Below, in pieces: positions 8,307 through 17,926 of a DNA stretch of 64,000 bases. The DNA is taken from IMG/VR virus record IMGVR_UViG_3300042923_000569, positions 62,001 to 126,000 of that record, one strand, 5' to 3'. Position numbers and translations under genes: made by a program. The notes beneath the pieces are model-generated. The model had not been told where the DNA came from. It saw only the letters and a program-made list of their open reading frames with translations, and ran no database searches. The first letter of the stretch is position 1. Each line of letters begins with the position of its first letter.

Positions 8307-10706
8307 ATGGCATCAATTAATAATATTATCAATAAAGCAACAACCGGTTCAACATCTTTACCTGATGCTAATATAGAAGGTGTTTCTGCACAAGTCTCCG
8401 CATCTATTGATTCAACTATATCATCAGTTAATCAGACAGCACAATCAGTTAAAAATAGTGCAACGGCAGCAGCGAATGCTTCAGTTAATAATCTAAAACA
8501 AGGTGTTGCCAAAACTGAAAATACAGTAAAAGGTATGATACCGGGAACTACTAATGGATATGTTGCTCGAATCACTAATGAAAAACAAAAATCATATAAT
8601 GCAGCAGACGGAACCTACTCAAATTTAGATTTGAATAGCTTAGTACTTCCATATGATAATCCACTACTATCTTACCATAACTATACGTGGAACTTTTCAC
8701 TATATACGATGGCACCAAATGAATATGAATTCTTTTTGGATAACCCAAACGCAGAAGTGTCTAAGTACATTATTGCACAAAGTGGTGTGACCGGTAAGTA
8801 CAGTATTAACAGTGTTAAAATGACAGTTGCTGGCCCAGCAACACCAGGATTAACTTCTAACTTCTCGTTGAATAGCGTAATTATGGAAGTTCAAGAGAAC
8901 GGTGGAATGAGTTTATTTGATGACTTAGTAGTACTTTCAAATGAATTGGGATATAAAAAATTCATGGATGTTCCAGTTGTCCTCGAATTAAACTTCATCG
9001 GATATGATCAAGATACTGGAGTTGCAACAACTATTACTTCGTTGAATAGAAAATGGGGCGTCCGTATCAACACAATACAAGGCTCTGCTTCACCATCAGG
9101 TGGAACAATGGCTTATACATTCACAATGGCAAGTACTCGTGGTGGAATCATGGAAAACCGTGATTGGACGTTAATGGAACCATATACTTGTACTACTGGA
9201 AACTTTGGTGCATTTATACAACAGTTACAAGACCATATGAATAAAGTTGCAACTGATCAGTACGGATATTTGCGTTATCGTTATGGTGCATTTGCAAATG
9301 ATGAGTATTTTAAATTGATATGTCCTTCTGAATTAGGAAGCATGACTATTAACTACGATGTTAAACAAAGTCCAGAAGTTAATCAGACTTCATCAGGTGC
9401 ATCAGCAGCTAAACAATTTACTTGGGGTGCAGATGTTCCTATTTCTCGTGTAATCGATGATGTATTGGACTGTTGTATGCCATTACATGAAAGTACTGAT
9501 AAAAGACGACAGTTTGTGAATATTATTCCAGTTTCCCGTTATGTTGGATATGATCCAGTACGTGATACCTCTGCATTTAAAAACTTTTTCTATATATTGA
9601 AATATAAAATTGGTGATGTAACTTCAAAAGATGATTTGGCACATGATGTTTTCAACTTGGATTATTTCTACGAAAACGCAGATAAGATTGCTGATGAAAG
9701 AGATCCAAACAAAAAACCAAAGATAAATGCTAAACGTTATGACTATCAGTTCAGTGGTTTGAATAATGAGATTATTAATTTGGATTTAAAATATGACCAA
9801 GGATTTAACTTAGCGGTTATTCGTAATCCACAATCTCAAATTGATAAAGCCAACAGTTCAGGTACACATACTGCTGAAACATTAGAATTAGCTGGTCAAG
9901 AATTCAGTACTAATGATACAGCAGGATTATGGGCTAAATCACAAAGTCTACTTCGTGAACAAGAGAATGGAAGACAGCTTTCTGATGAAGAACGCCAGTT
10001 TATTCGTGATGCACAGGGTGTATCTCAAAGTAACGTAATGCCAACTGAAGGTGAAACTGACCAAAGTAACTATAACCTTTCGTTAGCGGCGGCAGTTCCT
10101 AAGTATATTGAAGATTTTAGAAACGATATTGATTTAACAACTGAAGGTACTAATGGTATTGGTGCACCGCGTGTTGACTCTGTTCCAACCGAACCAACGA
10201 ATACCAAAACTACTAACTCAGCTTCAAAGGGTGATAACAGCTCCAATGATGAAATGGAACGTAGGCTTGTTCGAGACAACTACTATAACCGTTCATTCTT
10301 AGCTAAATTAGACATGAAAGTTATTGGTGATCCATTCTGGTTAGGATGGGGTGATTATTCATATATGCAGTATTTGGAAAGAGCAGTTCAAGGTCAGGAT
10401 ATTCAGCAAACTCCAGAAGACATTCATTTCGCAAACTATCTAACTACTGAAACATATTTGCTATTAAATCTAAAACCAATTGTTGCTATCAGTGATGAAA
10501 CTGGAATATTAGAAATAAATCAGTCATCAGTATTTGCACAAACTTTCTATCGAGTCAATAAAGTAGTGAGTGAATTTAACAGCAATGGTTCATTTACACA
10601 ACAAATAACTGGTGGTGTCGTAATACGTTCACTACGCAGAAAAGATCAGTACAATCAGGTTACTGAAAGTCCTGAATCAATTAAGAGAAATGGGAAAACA
10701 CAATAA
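8307..10706 (+). CDS. Baseplate hub protein (gp27-like)
   Basis: Sits between gp53-like and gp5-like genes; C-terminal KVIGDPFW...YRVNKVVSEF..GSFTQ hub-like motif. Confidence 0.55.
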   Translation: MASINNIINKATTGSTSLPDANIEGVSAQVSASIDSTISSVNQTAQSVKNSATAAANASVNNLKQGVAKTENTVKGMIPGTTNGYVARITNEKQKSYNAADGTYSNLDLNSLVLPYDNPLLSYHNYTWNFSLYTMAPNEYEFFLDNPNAEVSKYIIAQSGVTGKYSINSVKMTVAGPATPGLTSNFSLNSVIMEVQENGGMSLFDDLVVLSNELGYKKFMDVPVVLELNFIGYDQDTGVATTITSLNRKWGVRINTIQGSASPSGGTMAYTFTMASTRGGIMENRDWTLMEPYTCTTGNFGAFIQQLQDHMNKVATDQYGYLRYRYGAFANDEYFKLICPSELGSMTINYDVKQSPEVNQTSSGASAAKQFTWGADVPISRVIDDVLDCCMPLHESTDKRRQFVNIIPVSRYVGYDPVRDTSAFKNFFYILKYKIGDVTSKDDLAHDVFNLDYFYENADKIADERDPNKKPKINAKRYDYQFSGLNNEIINLDLKYDQGFNLAVIRNPQSQIDKANSSGTHTAETLELAGQEFSTNDTAGLWAKSQSLLREQENGRQLSDEERQFIRDAQGVSQSNVMPTEGETDQSNYNLSLAAAVPKYIEDFRNDIDLTTEGTNGIGAPRVDSVPTEPTNTKTTNSASKGDNSSNDEMERRLVRDNYYNRSFLAKLDMKVIGDPFWLGWGDYSYMQYLERAVQGQDIQQTPEDIHFANYLTTETYLLLNLKPIVAISDETGILEINQSSVFAQTFYRVNKVVSEFNSNGSFTQQITGGVVIRSLRRKDQYNQVTESPESIKRNGKTQ

Positions 10707-13381
10707 TGGCTGATTCAAATCTAAGTAAAAGTCAGGCGTTTGCTAAAAACCAAACAGCCAGATTTGATCCAAAATTCGTACAACTAGCAACTGTAATGGA
10801 TAATCGCGATCCACAAAAAAGCGGAAAGTTGAAAGTGTGGGTGCAAAATTCACAAAGTGCTGATGATTCAAAAGGCTCATGGATTACTGCGTCATATCTT
10901 TCACCATTTGCAGGAAGAACCCCAGGAGAGCCAGGAGCGGAATCATATCAACAATTCCCTAAAGGCTATGGCTTTTGGGGAGTTCCACCTGACGTTGGAG
11001 TTAGTGTAGCAATATTCTTTGCTAATGGTAATATCCATGATTGTTATTGGTTCGCATGTGGTTTTGATGACCGAATGAATACCATGATTCCAGGAAGTGC
11101 TACGCAGAAATTACCAAACAGTGGTTATGATATGCCAGTACCAGTTACTGACTATGACCGTAATACATTACAAACACAGTTAGACCAGAAGTATATTAAC
11201 GTACCGTTAGTAGCTGGCTTAACAAAACAAAACCTTCTTTATGATGAACAAAAAGGTGTACCGAACCGGAGTAGTACTCGTCAAACTACCAGTACTGTTT
11301 ATGGTCTTGCTTCACCGCGTGGAAATAACTTTATCATCGATGATGGTTATATCGATGCAGAACTAACCGCACCCAATTGGGATGAAGATCCAGATGGTTA
11401 CCAAAATACTCAACAGAACAATCCAGTAAATGATACAACAGTTGGTTTGCGTAAAAGTGAAGGTATTATTTTACGTACCAGAAGTGGTGCACAATTTCTA
11501 CTTTCTGAAAGTGACGGTAATGTTTTTATTATTAACCGTGACGGTACTGCACGTATTGAAATGACTGCTGATGGTCAAATTACTGCACACTCTGATAAAA
11601 GTATTACTATCAGAACTGATGAAGATTTCAACCTTTCAATTAAAAGAGATATGAACCTTGAAATTGGTCGTAATTTAAATGTTCATACACAAGGTGACAC
11701 TAAATTAAATCTAACTGGTAAATTAGATGCATTGGTAGGTGGACAGGTTGTTATTAATACTGGTGCTGATTTACGTTTAGTAGCTGCGGCGAGTATTCGT
11801 GTACAATCAGGTTCAAGTACTAACATTACTTCTGGTGAAAACACTGCAATTAAAACTGGTTCAACCTTTGATTTAACTGCACCAACTTCAGTAAATTTAA
11901 CTGGATCTGGAACACACTTTACTATTGCAGGAACCGTTGATAGTAGTTCTCAAATCAATGCACCTGACTTTGTAACACCATCTGTTGGTTTAAATAATCA
12001 CATCCACTTACATGCTGCGTTTGCTAGTCCAACTGATCATAGTAATGAAATGGCTGCACCTGTTCAGGGCGGTGGTTCTAATAATGCTAAGGCTGCTGCT
12101 GAACCGCAACCGGCTAATGATGTAGCACCAGTTACACCAACAGCCCAAGCTCAAAGCACAGTACAACATGTAAATAGCACTACTGAAGTAAATGAAGTTC
12201 TTACACAGGATTTAGTAGTAACTGATGGTAGTGATGGTTCAAGTACTTATACCACCACATATGAAGGATTGCAATTGTTTATGCCATGTACTGGTACAAT
12301 TCGTCAATTCGGTTTTTGGGGTAAAGGTGTTCCAACACAATCAGGTTCAACAACAAATAGAAATGGTTGGATTATACAGGCTAAAGGAGATGTTGTAGCT
12401 CCTGAAGGTGGTCTTGTGACCAAAATGGGAAATGGGGGTATTATAATCACGCACCCTATTGGTTATAAATCGGTGTTCTATGATATTACTGCTACTGTTA
12501 ATAATAAAGATACTGTCAAAAAAGGACAGAAAATAGGTACGGCTGATGGAGTATTCTCATATGAGATACGTTTAGTATCTGCAAATATATATGGATTCTC
12601 AGGTACAGTTGACCCTGGATTATTCTTCAGTTCTGTTACCGGCAAAGGTGCAGATTGTGCTAACAAAAGTTTAACTATTGGTAAGCCATCAAATCCAAAC
12701 CCTGCTCCATCTACTGGTTATTCACCTGATAGTACTGACTTGGTTGTTATTACAACTGTTAGTAGTATAGGTTCAGGATATGCACAGCGTGGCTCACTAC
12801 ACGTCCCACAACGTTCAGGTTCGAAGCGTCGTACATCCAATGCATCTGCATCATCTCCAGCAGAAGACTTGTCAAACATCGATAAGCAAGCTGTGGATTG
12901 GAAAGTTGCACCTAGTGATGGAAAACTTTTAGAAGAAGTTAAAGAGTTTGAAGGTACAATTCAATATCAAACAGCAGTTGGATATTTCCGTAATAATAAA
13001 TTCTGGATTTATAAAGATAGCTTGGGTTATCCAACTATTGGATATGGTCACTTAATTACAGCTAGTGATAACTTTGCTGGTGGTATAGATGAAGCACAAG
13101 CAGACGCCCTATTACAAAAAGATTTAGTGAGAACTGTCAACGATGCTAAATCAATTTATGCACAATATAAGATGAAAACTCCATATATTGTTCAAATAGT
13201 ACTTACCGAAATGGTATTCCAGATGGGTAAAGGTGGTGTGCTTAAATTCAAAAATACACTTCAGGCAATAGCTAACGGTGATTACAAAGCGGCAGCGGCA
13301 GGAATTAGAAATTCTGCATGGTATAAACAAACAACTCGTAGGGCAGAAGTTATGGCCCGTAGATTAGAGGCTGCTCAATAA
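10706..13381 (+). CDS. Baseplate central spike (gp5/VgrG-like) with a degenerate M23-like domain and a C-terminal T4-type lysozyme
   Basis: N-terminal OB fold (DPQKSGKLKVWV...PPDVGVSV), beta-helix spike repeats, HIH tip motif, C-terminal FEG...YKDSLGYPTIGYGHL. Confidence 0.8.
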   Translation: MADSNLSKSQAFAKNQTARFDPKFVQLATVMDNRDPQKSGKLKVWVQNSQSADDSKGSWITASYLSPFAGRTPGEPGAESYQQFPKGYGFWGVPPDVGVSVAIFFANGNIHDCYWFACGFDDRMNTMIPGSATQKLPNSGYDMPVPVTDYDRNTLQTQLDQKYINVPLVAGLTKQNLLYDEQKGVPNRSSTRQTTSTVYGLASPRGNNFIIDDGYIDAELTAPNWDEDPDGYQNTQQNNPVNDTTVGLRKSEGIILRTRSGAQFLLSESDGNVFIINRDGTARIEMTADGQITAHSDKSITIRTDEDFNLSIKRDMNLEIGRNLNVHTQGDTKLNLTGKLDALVGGQVVINTGADLRLVAAASIRVQSGSSTNITSGENTAIKTGSTFDLTAPTSVNLTGSGTHFTIAGTVDSSSQINAPDFVTPSVGLNNHIHLHAAFASPTDHSNEMAAPVQGGGSNNAKAAAEPQPANDVAPVTPTAQAQSTVQHVNSTTEVNEVLTQDLVVTDGSDGSSTYTTTYEGLQLFMPCTGTIRQFGFWGKGVPTQSGSTTNRNGWIIQAKGDVVAPEGGLVTKMGNGGIIITHPIGYKSVFYDITATVNNKDTVKKGQKIGTADGVFSYEIRLVSANIYGFSGTVDPGLFFSSVTGKGADCANKSLTIGKPSNPNPAPSTGYSPDSTDLVVITTVSSIGSGYAQRGSLHVPQRSGSKRRTSNASASSPAEDLSNIDKQAVDWKVAPSDGKLLEEVKEFEGTIQYQTAVGYFRNNKFWIYKDSLGYPTIGYGHLITASDNFAGGIDEAQADALLQKDLVRTVNDAKSIYAQYKMKTPYIVQIVLTEMVFQMGKGGVLKFKNTLQAIANGDYKAAAAGIRNSAWYKQTTRRAEVMARRLEAAQ

Positions 13382-13415
13382 ATACCTATACTGATTATTT
13401 TCAGGAGGTAAATAT

Positions 13416-13904
13416 ATGAGTAATTGGATTTTAACAAGTCAAGACCCTAAACTTGTGAGTGATATTAAAATATTTGAAGGAACTATTGCCTACCAGACAA
13501 AGGTAGGTTTTTTCAAGAATAATAAATTTTGGACTTACAAAGATAGTTTAGGTTATCCAACAATTGGATATGGACATTTATTGGTTGCAGGTGAAAGCTT
13601 TCCACAAGGTTTAACTGAAAGCCAAGCAAATGCTCTATTGGATAAAGATTTAGCTTCTAAAGTTGCTGACGCAAAATCAATCTATGAGCAGTACGGAATG
13701 AAAGGTGGTATTGAATTACAGAAAGTCCTAACTCAAATGGTATTCCAAATGGGCAAAGGTAAAGTACTGCAATTCAAAAACACCTTATCATGTATGGCTA
13801 GGGGTGATTATAAAGGTGCAGCAGCAGGGATGCGTAATTCTGCTTGGTACAAACAAGCAACTTCACGTGCAGAAGCATTAGCACGTATCGTTGAATCGCA
13901 ATAA
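13416..13904 (+). CDS. Lysozyme (GH24, T4 lysozyme-like)
   Basis: FEG...YKDSLGYPTIGYGHL, MVFQMG, SAWYKQ...RA; own TAAATA at 13379-13384 and AGGAGG RBS. Confidence 0.9.
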   Translation: MSNWILTSQDPKLVSDIKIFEGTIAYQTKVGFFKNNKFWTYKDSLGYPTIGYGHLLVAGESFPQGLTESQANALLDKDLASKVADAKSIYEQYGMKGGIELQKVLTQMVFQMGKGKVLQFKNTLSCMARGDYKGAAAGMRNSAWYKQATSRAEALARIVESQ

Positions 13905-13916
13905 GGAAACAAGTAG

Positions 13917-14306
13917 ATGGCAATTATTTTCAAAGGATTTTCTTCTCCAATAGTGGGGAAGACGCAAGTACTTTATGACGTCGATTTGGTCAAACAGGAT
14001 TTACTAAATCATTTTAATACTCGTAAGGGTGAGAGAGTGATGGATGTAGATTACGGATTTATTGGTTGGGATTTACTATTCGAACTTGATAGACCCGGTA
14101 ATGCACAATTACTGGAAGCAGATTGTAGAAATATAGTTTCACAAGATCCTAGATTATATTTGATATCTGTTACAGTATCCAGTGTTGAATACGGATATAG
14201 AATTGACTTAGTACTAAACTATGTACAGCTAGAAACGGTTGAAGAATTATCATTAGTTTTTGATAATCGTTCACAACAACGAATGGCATTTGTTAATGCC
14301 GCATAA
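13917..14306 (+). CDS. Baseplate wedge subunit (T4 gp25-like)
   Basis: LVKQDLLNHFNTRKGERVM...G...LLFE...DPR motif. Confidence 0.85.
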   Translation: MAIIFKGFSSPIVGKTQVLYDVDLVKQDLLNHFNTRKGERVMDVDYGFIGWDLLFELDRPGNAQLLEADCRNIVSQDPRLYLISVTVSSVEYGYRIDLVLNYVQLETVEELSLVFDNRSQQRMAFVNAA

Positions 14307-14309
14307 GTT

Positions 14310-14339
14310 AAAGGCATCTTTCGAGATGCCTTTTCTTTT
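14310..14339 (+). terminator. Rho-independent terminator followed by late promoter TAAATA (14343-14348)
   Basis: AAAGGCATCT-ttcg-AGATGCCTTT plus T-rich tail. Confidence 0.85.
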
Positions 14340-14380
14340 GGATAAATATTTCTATATTATTATATGAGGTGTATATAAAC

Positions 14381-17300
14381 ATGGCACAACAAAAAAGACA
14401 ATCTAATTTGTATGCTGCTGAAGATTGGCAACAAGTTTATGAAAGTTTTGCTCAAATCAATCTACAAGCCTACGATTTCGACACTATACGTGAAAGTATG
14501 ATTAACTACTTACGTTTGACATATCCAGATTCATTCAATGACTGGATTGAAAATGATGAGTTTATTTTCATTCTTGATACCATTGCTCTTATTGGTCAGA
14601 ACCTTGCGTTCCGTATGGATATGAACAGTAGAGAGAACTTTCTTGATACAGCAGAACGTAGAGCATCAGTATTAAAATTAGCTAAAATGATTTCATATGC
14701 ACCAAAACGTGCATATCCGGGTCGTGGACTTGCAAAAGTCATGACTGTTAAAACAAACCAAAATATTGAAAATAGTTTCGGAACTTCTTTACGTAATAAA
14801 GTTATCCGTTGGAATGATCCAAGTGATCCAAACTGGTATGAGAACTTTATTCTAGTAATGAACAGCTCATTTGTTGATACCAACCAATTTGGTGACCCTA
14901 TTAAAAAGATTGTGGTCAACGGTGTGTCTAACCAACTATACCAAATGAATACAATTCCAATGAGTGCTCCTAATATTCCATTTACTGCGAATATTAATGG
15001 TGAATCAATGGCATTTGAAGTTGTTAACCCTGATATTACAAGTACTGGTACAGCGGAAGAACGTCATCCACAGCCACAAGAACAAAAACATATAATCTAT
15101 CGTAATGATGGTAATGGATTCGACTCTCCATATACTGGTTTCTTTGTTTATTTCAAACAAGGTAATCTATCATTTACTGATTATGATTATGAACAGCGTA
15201 TTGAAAACCGTACACAGGATCTTGATACCAATAATATCAATGAAATTGATGTTTGGGTGCAGGAAATCACTGAAGACGGTTTAGTAAGAACTAAATGGAC
15301 TCGTGTTCCAGCAATTGAATCAATTTCGTATAACTCAGTTGACCGTAAACAGAAAAATATCTTCTCTGTAACTACTCGCGACAATGACCAAGTAACTATT
15401 AAGTTCCCTGATGCAAGAAGTGGTCAAGTACCACGTGGTTCTTATCGTTTTTGGTATCGTGTATCTAATGGTGAGACATATACAATCAAAACTACTGATA
15501 TTCAGAACAAACCTGTTCAATATACATATCGTACTAATTCTCAGTCAGAATTTGAAAGTAGTACCCTTGATATGCAGTTTAGTTTACAGTTTCAGTCATC
15601 ATTAGCACAGTCTAAAGAGACTTTAGAGCAAATTAAAGAGCGTGCACCACAATTATATTACACTCAGAACCGTTTTGTTAATGGTGAAGACTATAATATT
15701 GCACCGTTGATGCTTGGTAACTCGGTTTTAAAGGCAAAGGCCATAAACCGTATATATTCAGGACAATCACGATTCATTGATATTAATGACCCTACGGGAA
15801 AGTATCAAAATACCGATGTTTTCACTGATGATGGGGCAATTTACCGTGATAGCGTTCAAGCACGTAATTCTTTACTACTTCCTAGTAGTAAATCGAATAC
15901 GGCAGTAGCAATTGATGAAATTCAGCCGTTGATTTCTGCAAACTCAGTAATTCAGCTATATCAGGAATATCCAACTAACACAGTACGTATTGTAGCGAAC
16001 CAGCAATGGACTCCAGAGTTCAATTCAAGCTATTCATCTAATACTTATGGACGTATTATGGCAAGTGGTTCACCAGTTTCTTATGATATTGGTACAATAA
16101 TCAACTTCCCTACTGCTTCAGGTGCTGATGTATGGACTTCAGTTGTTGATGTATTTGATAATGGCTACTTAGTACTGTCAATGCCTATTTCAGCTAACCA
16201 ATTATGTACAGAATACATTAAACCGTTCCGTGTTAAGTTTTCAAACATTGAAGTACAGACTATTGCGGCAGCATTAGATAAGAAAACTGACTTTATTCTG
16301 ATTTATGTACCAAATACACTATCTTGGATTCCGATTGAAGGTACTTTCACTGGTGATACGGTTCAATATGAAAATATTACCTATCCAATACTAGTAACGG
16401 TATCATATACAGCAGAATCATGGGAATTTGTGTCTAATGGCGTTAATTATGTGTTTGTTGGTGGTGATAAGGTTCGTTTCTACTTCGTAAGCACTGATAA
16501 CATCAGCGATATTAGTACTGGTACAGTTCAATCTGATAAAATTGTCATTTTGTCTTATAATTCCAATTATGAAAATAATAATGGTTATACTGATGATGAA
16601 TCTTTCCAGATTATAAAGACTGTAAATCAGGAAAATGGTTATATTGATGGTTCACGTGTGATTGTAACCAGTTCATCTCGTGATTCTAGTGGAATTCCGT
16701 TGAATCCTAATCAATTCAGGAACATTGTTCCAACTTTAACAGGTGAAGAATTGACTAAGTACCAACAATGGGTATTTTTCCAAGAAAATTCAGACTTTAC
16801 GATTGATATTGTTGATCCTACTGGTTCAAACTTTACTTTCTTAGATACTTCTTGGACATACACTGCTGCACAAGCTAATTCAGAGACTATTGCATATAAA
16901 AAGGCTGCACTATTACGTAATGTAAACATGCGAAGTACTTCTATCACTAACTTGTATAACAAGGGTGCTGGTTTTGTAATAGGATTTGAATATAATGGGT
17001 CTGCATATTTCGTTAAACAAGTTGTTGGTAACAACAATGACCGTTTAAACAGCTTTGTATCTAACATGACGCTAGCAACTGACAGCAATCCTATTACTGT
17101 TGAGCAAGCATTTGTTCGAGCAATCGCAAATATGAGTGATGATACAGCAATTGAATCTACTAAATTAGATTATTATGGTTATGAGAACGTAAGTACTGAC
17201 TATTTTATTAAGAAAGACGCACGAGTTGATATAAACTATCACTGGAAGCACTATGCACCGGATGATAATCGTATCGACCCAAGCAGAACTAACTTGATTG

Positions 17301-17845
17301 ATATGTATGTATTAACAAATTCATATAAAACTGCTGTAGATTTATGGTTGAAGAAATCAGATGGTTCAGAATTCCCTAAACCTCCAACCAGTTCAGAACT
17401 AAATGAGATGTTTGCTGAAGTTAATAATAAGATTGTCATAAGTGACAGTACTATCTGGCACAGTGCGACGTACTTAAAACTATTTGGTGATACTGCTGAT
17501 GCAGATTATCGTGCAGATTTTAAAGTAATCAAGCTTGCAAACTCTAAATTAAGTGATGATGAGATTCGTCAGAAGGTTATTTCATTAACTAATGACTTCT
17601 TCAGTGTAGATAATTGGGATTTCGGTGAAAGTTTCTATTACACTGAACTTGCAACTTACATTCACATCAATTTAAGTACTGAAATTGCTTCGGTAGTTAT
17701 CGTTCCACAAAATCCAAGTTCAAAATTTGGTGAGTTGTTCGAAATACCAAGTGAATCAAACCAGTTGTTTATAAGCACAGCAACCGTTGATAACGTTATT
17801 ATCGTTAACTCTCTAGCGAAAAGTAATATTAACATCGGACGTTAA
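14381..17845 (+). CDS. Baseplate wedge protein (T4 gp6-like)
   Basis: DFDTIRESMINYL, ENFLDTAERRASVLKLAKMISY, ETLEQIKERAP...QNRFVNGEDY; start at ATG 14381 after GAGGTG. Confidence 0.85.
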   Translation: MAQQKRQSNLYAAEDWQQVYESFAQINLQAYDFDTIRESMINYLRLTYPDSFNDWIENDEFIFILDTIALIGQNLAFRMDMNSRENFLDTAERRASVLKLAKMISYAPKRAYPGRGLAKVMTVKTNQNIENSFGTSLRNKVIRWNDPSDPNWYENFILVMNSSFVDTNQFGDPIKKIVVNGVSNQLYQMNTIPMSAPNIPFTANINGESMAFEVVNPDITSTGTAEERHPQPQEQKHIIYRNDGNGFDSPYTGFFVYFKQGNLSFTDYDYEQRIENRTQDLDTNNINEIDVWVQEITEDGLVRTKWTRVPAIESISYNSVDRKQKNIFSVTTRDNDQVTIKFPDARSGQVPRGSYRFWYRVSNGETYTIKTTDIQNKPVQYTYRTNSQSEFESSTLDMQFSLQFQSSLAQSKETLEQIKERAPQLYYTQNRFVNGEDYNIAPLMLGNSVLKAKAINRIYSGQSRFIDINDPTGKYQNTDVFTDDGAIYRDSVQARNSLLLPSSKSNTAVAIDEIQPLISANSVIQLYQEYPTNTVRIVANQQWTPEFNSSYSSNTYGRIMASGSPVSYDIGTIINFPTASGADVWTSVVDVFDNGYLVLSMPISANQLCTEYIKPFRVKFSNIEVQTIAAALDKKTDFILIYVPNTLSWIPIEGTFTGDTVQYENITYPILVTVSYTAESWEFVSNGVNYVFVGGDKVRFYFVSTDNISDISTGTVQSDKIVILSYNSNYENNNGYTDDESFQIIKTVNQENGYIDGSRVIVTSSSRDSSGIPLNPNQFRNIVPTLTGEELTKYQQWVFFQENSDFTIDIVDPTGSNFTFLDTSWTYTAAQANSETIAYKKAALLRNVNMRSTSITNLYNKGAGFVIGFEYNGSAYFVKQVVGNNNDRLNSFVSNMTLATDSNPITVEQAFVRAIANMSDDTAIESTKLDYYGYENVSTDYFIKKDARVDINYHWKHYAPDDNRIDPSRTNLIDMYVLTNSYKTAVDLWLKKSDGSEFPKPPTSSELNEMFAEVNNKIVISDSTIWHSATYLKLFGDTADADYRADFKVIKLANSKLSDDEIRQKVISLTNDFFSVDNWDFGESFYYTELATYIHINLSTEIASVVIVPQNPSSKFGELFEIPSESNQLFISTATVDNVIIVNSLAKSNINIGR

Positions 17846-17850
17846 TAATT

Positions 17851-17889
17851 AAAGGGCATCTTATGATGCCCTTTCTACTTCTATAAATA
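17851..17889 (+). terminator. Terminator followed by late promoter TATAAATA (17882-17889)
   Basis: AAAGGGCATC-ttat-GATGCCCTTT, then TATAAATA. Confidence 0.8.
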
Positions 17890-17926
17890 AAACAAATGAG
17901 AGAAAGAATTTTTATTGGAGAATAAC

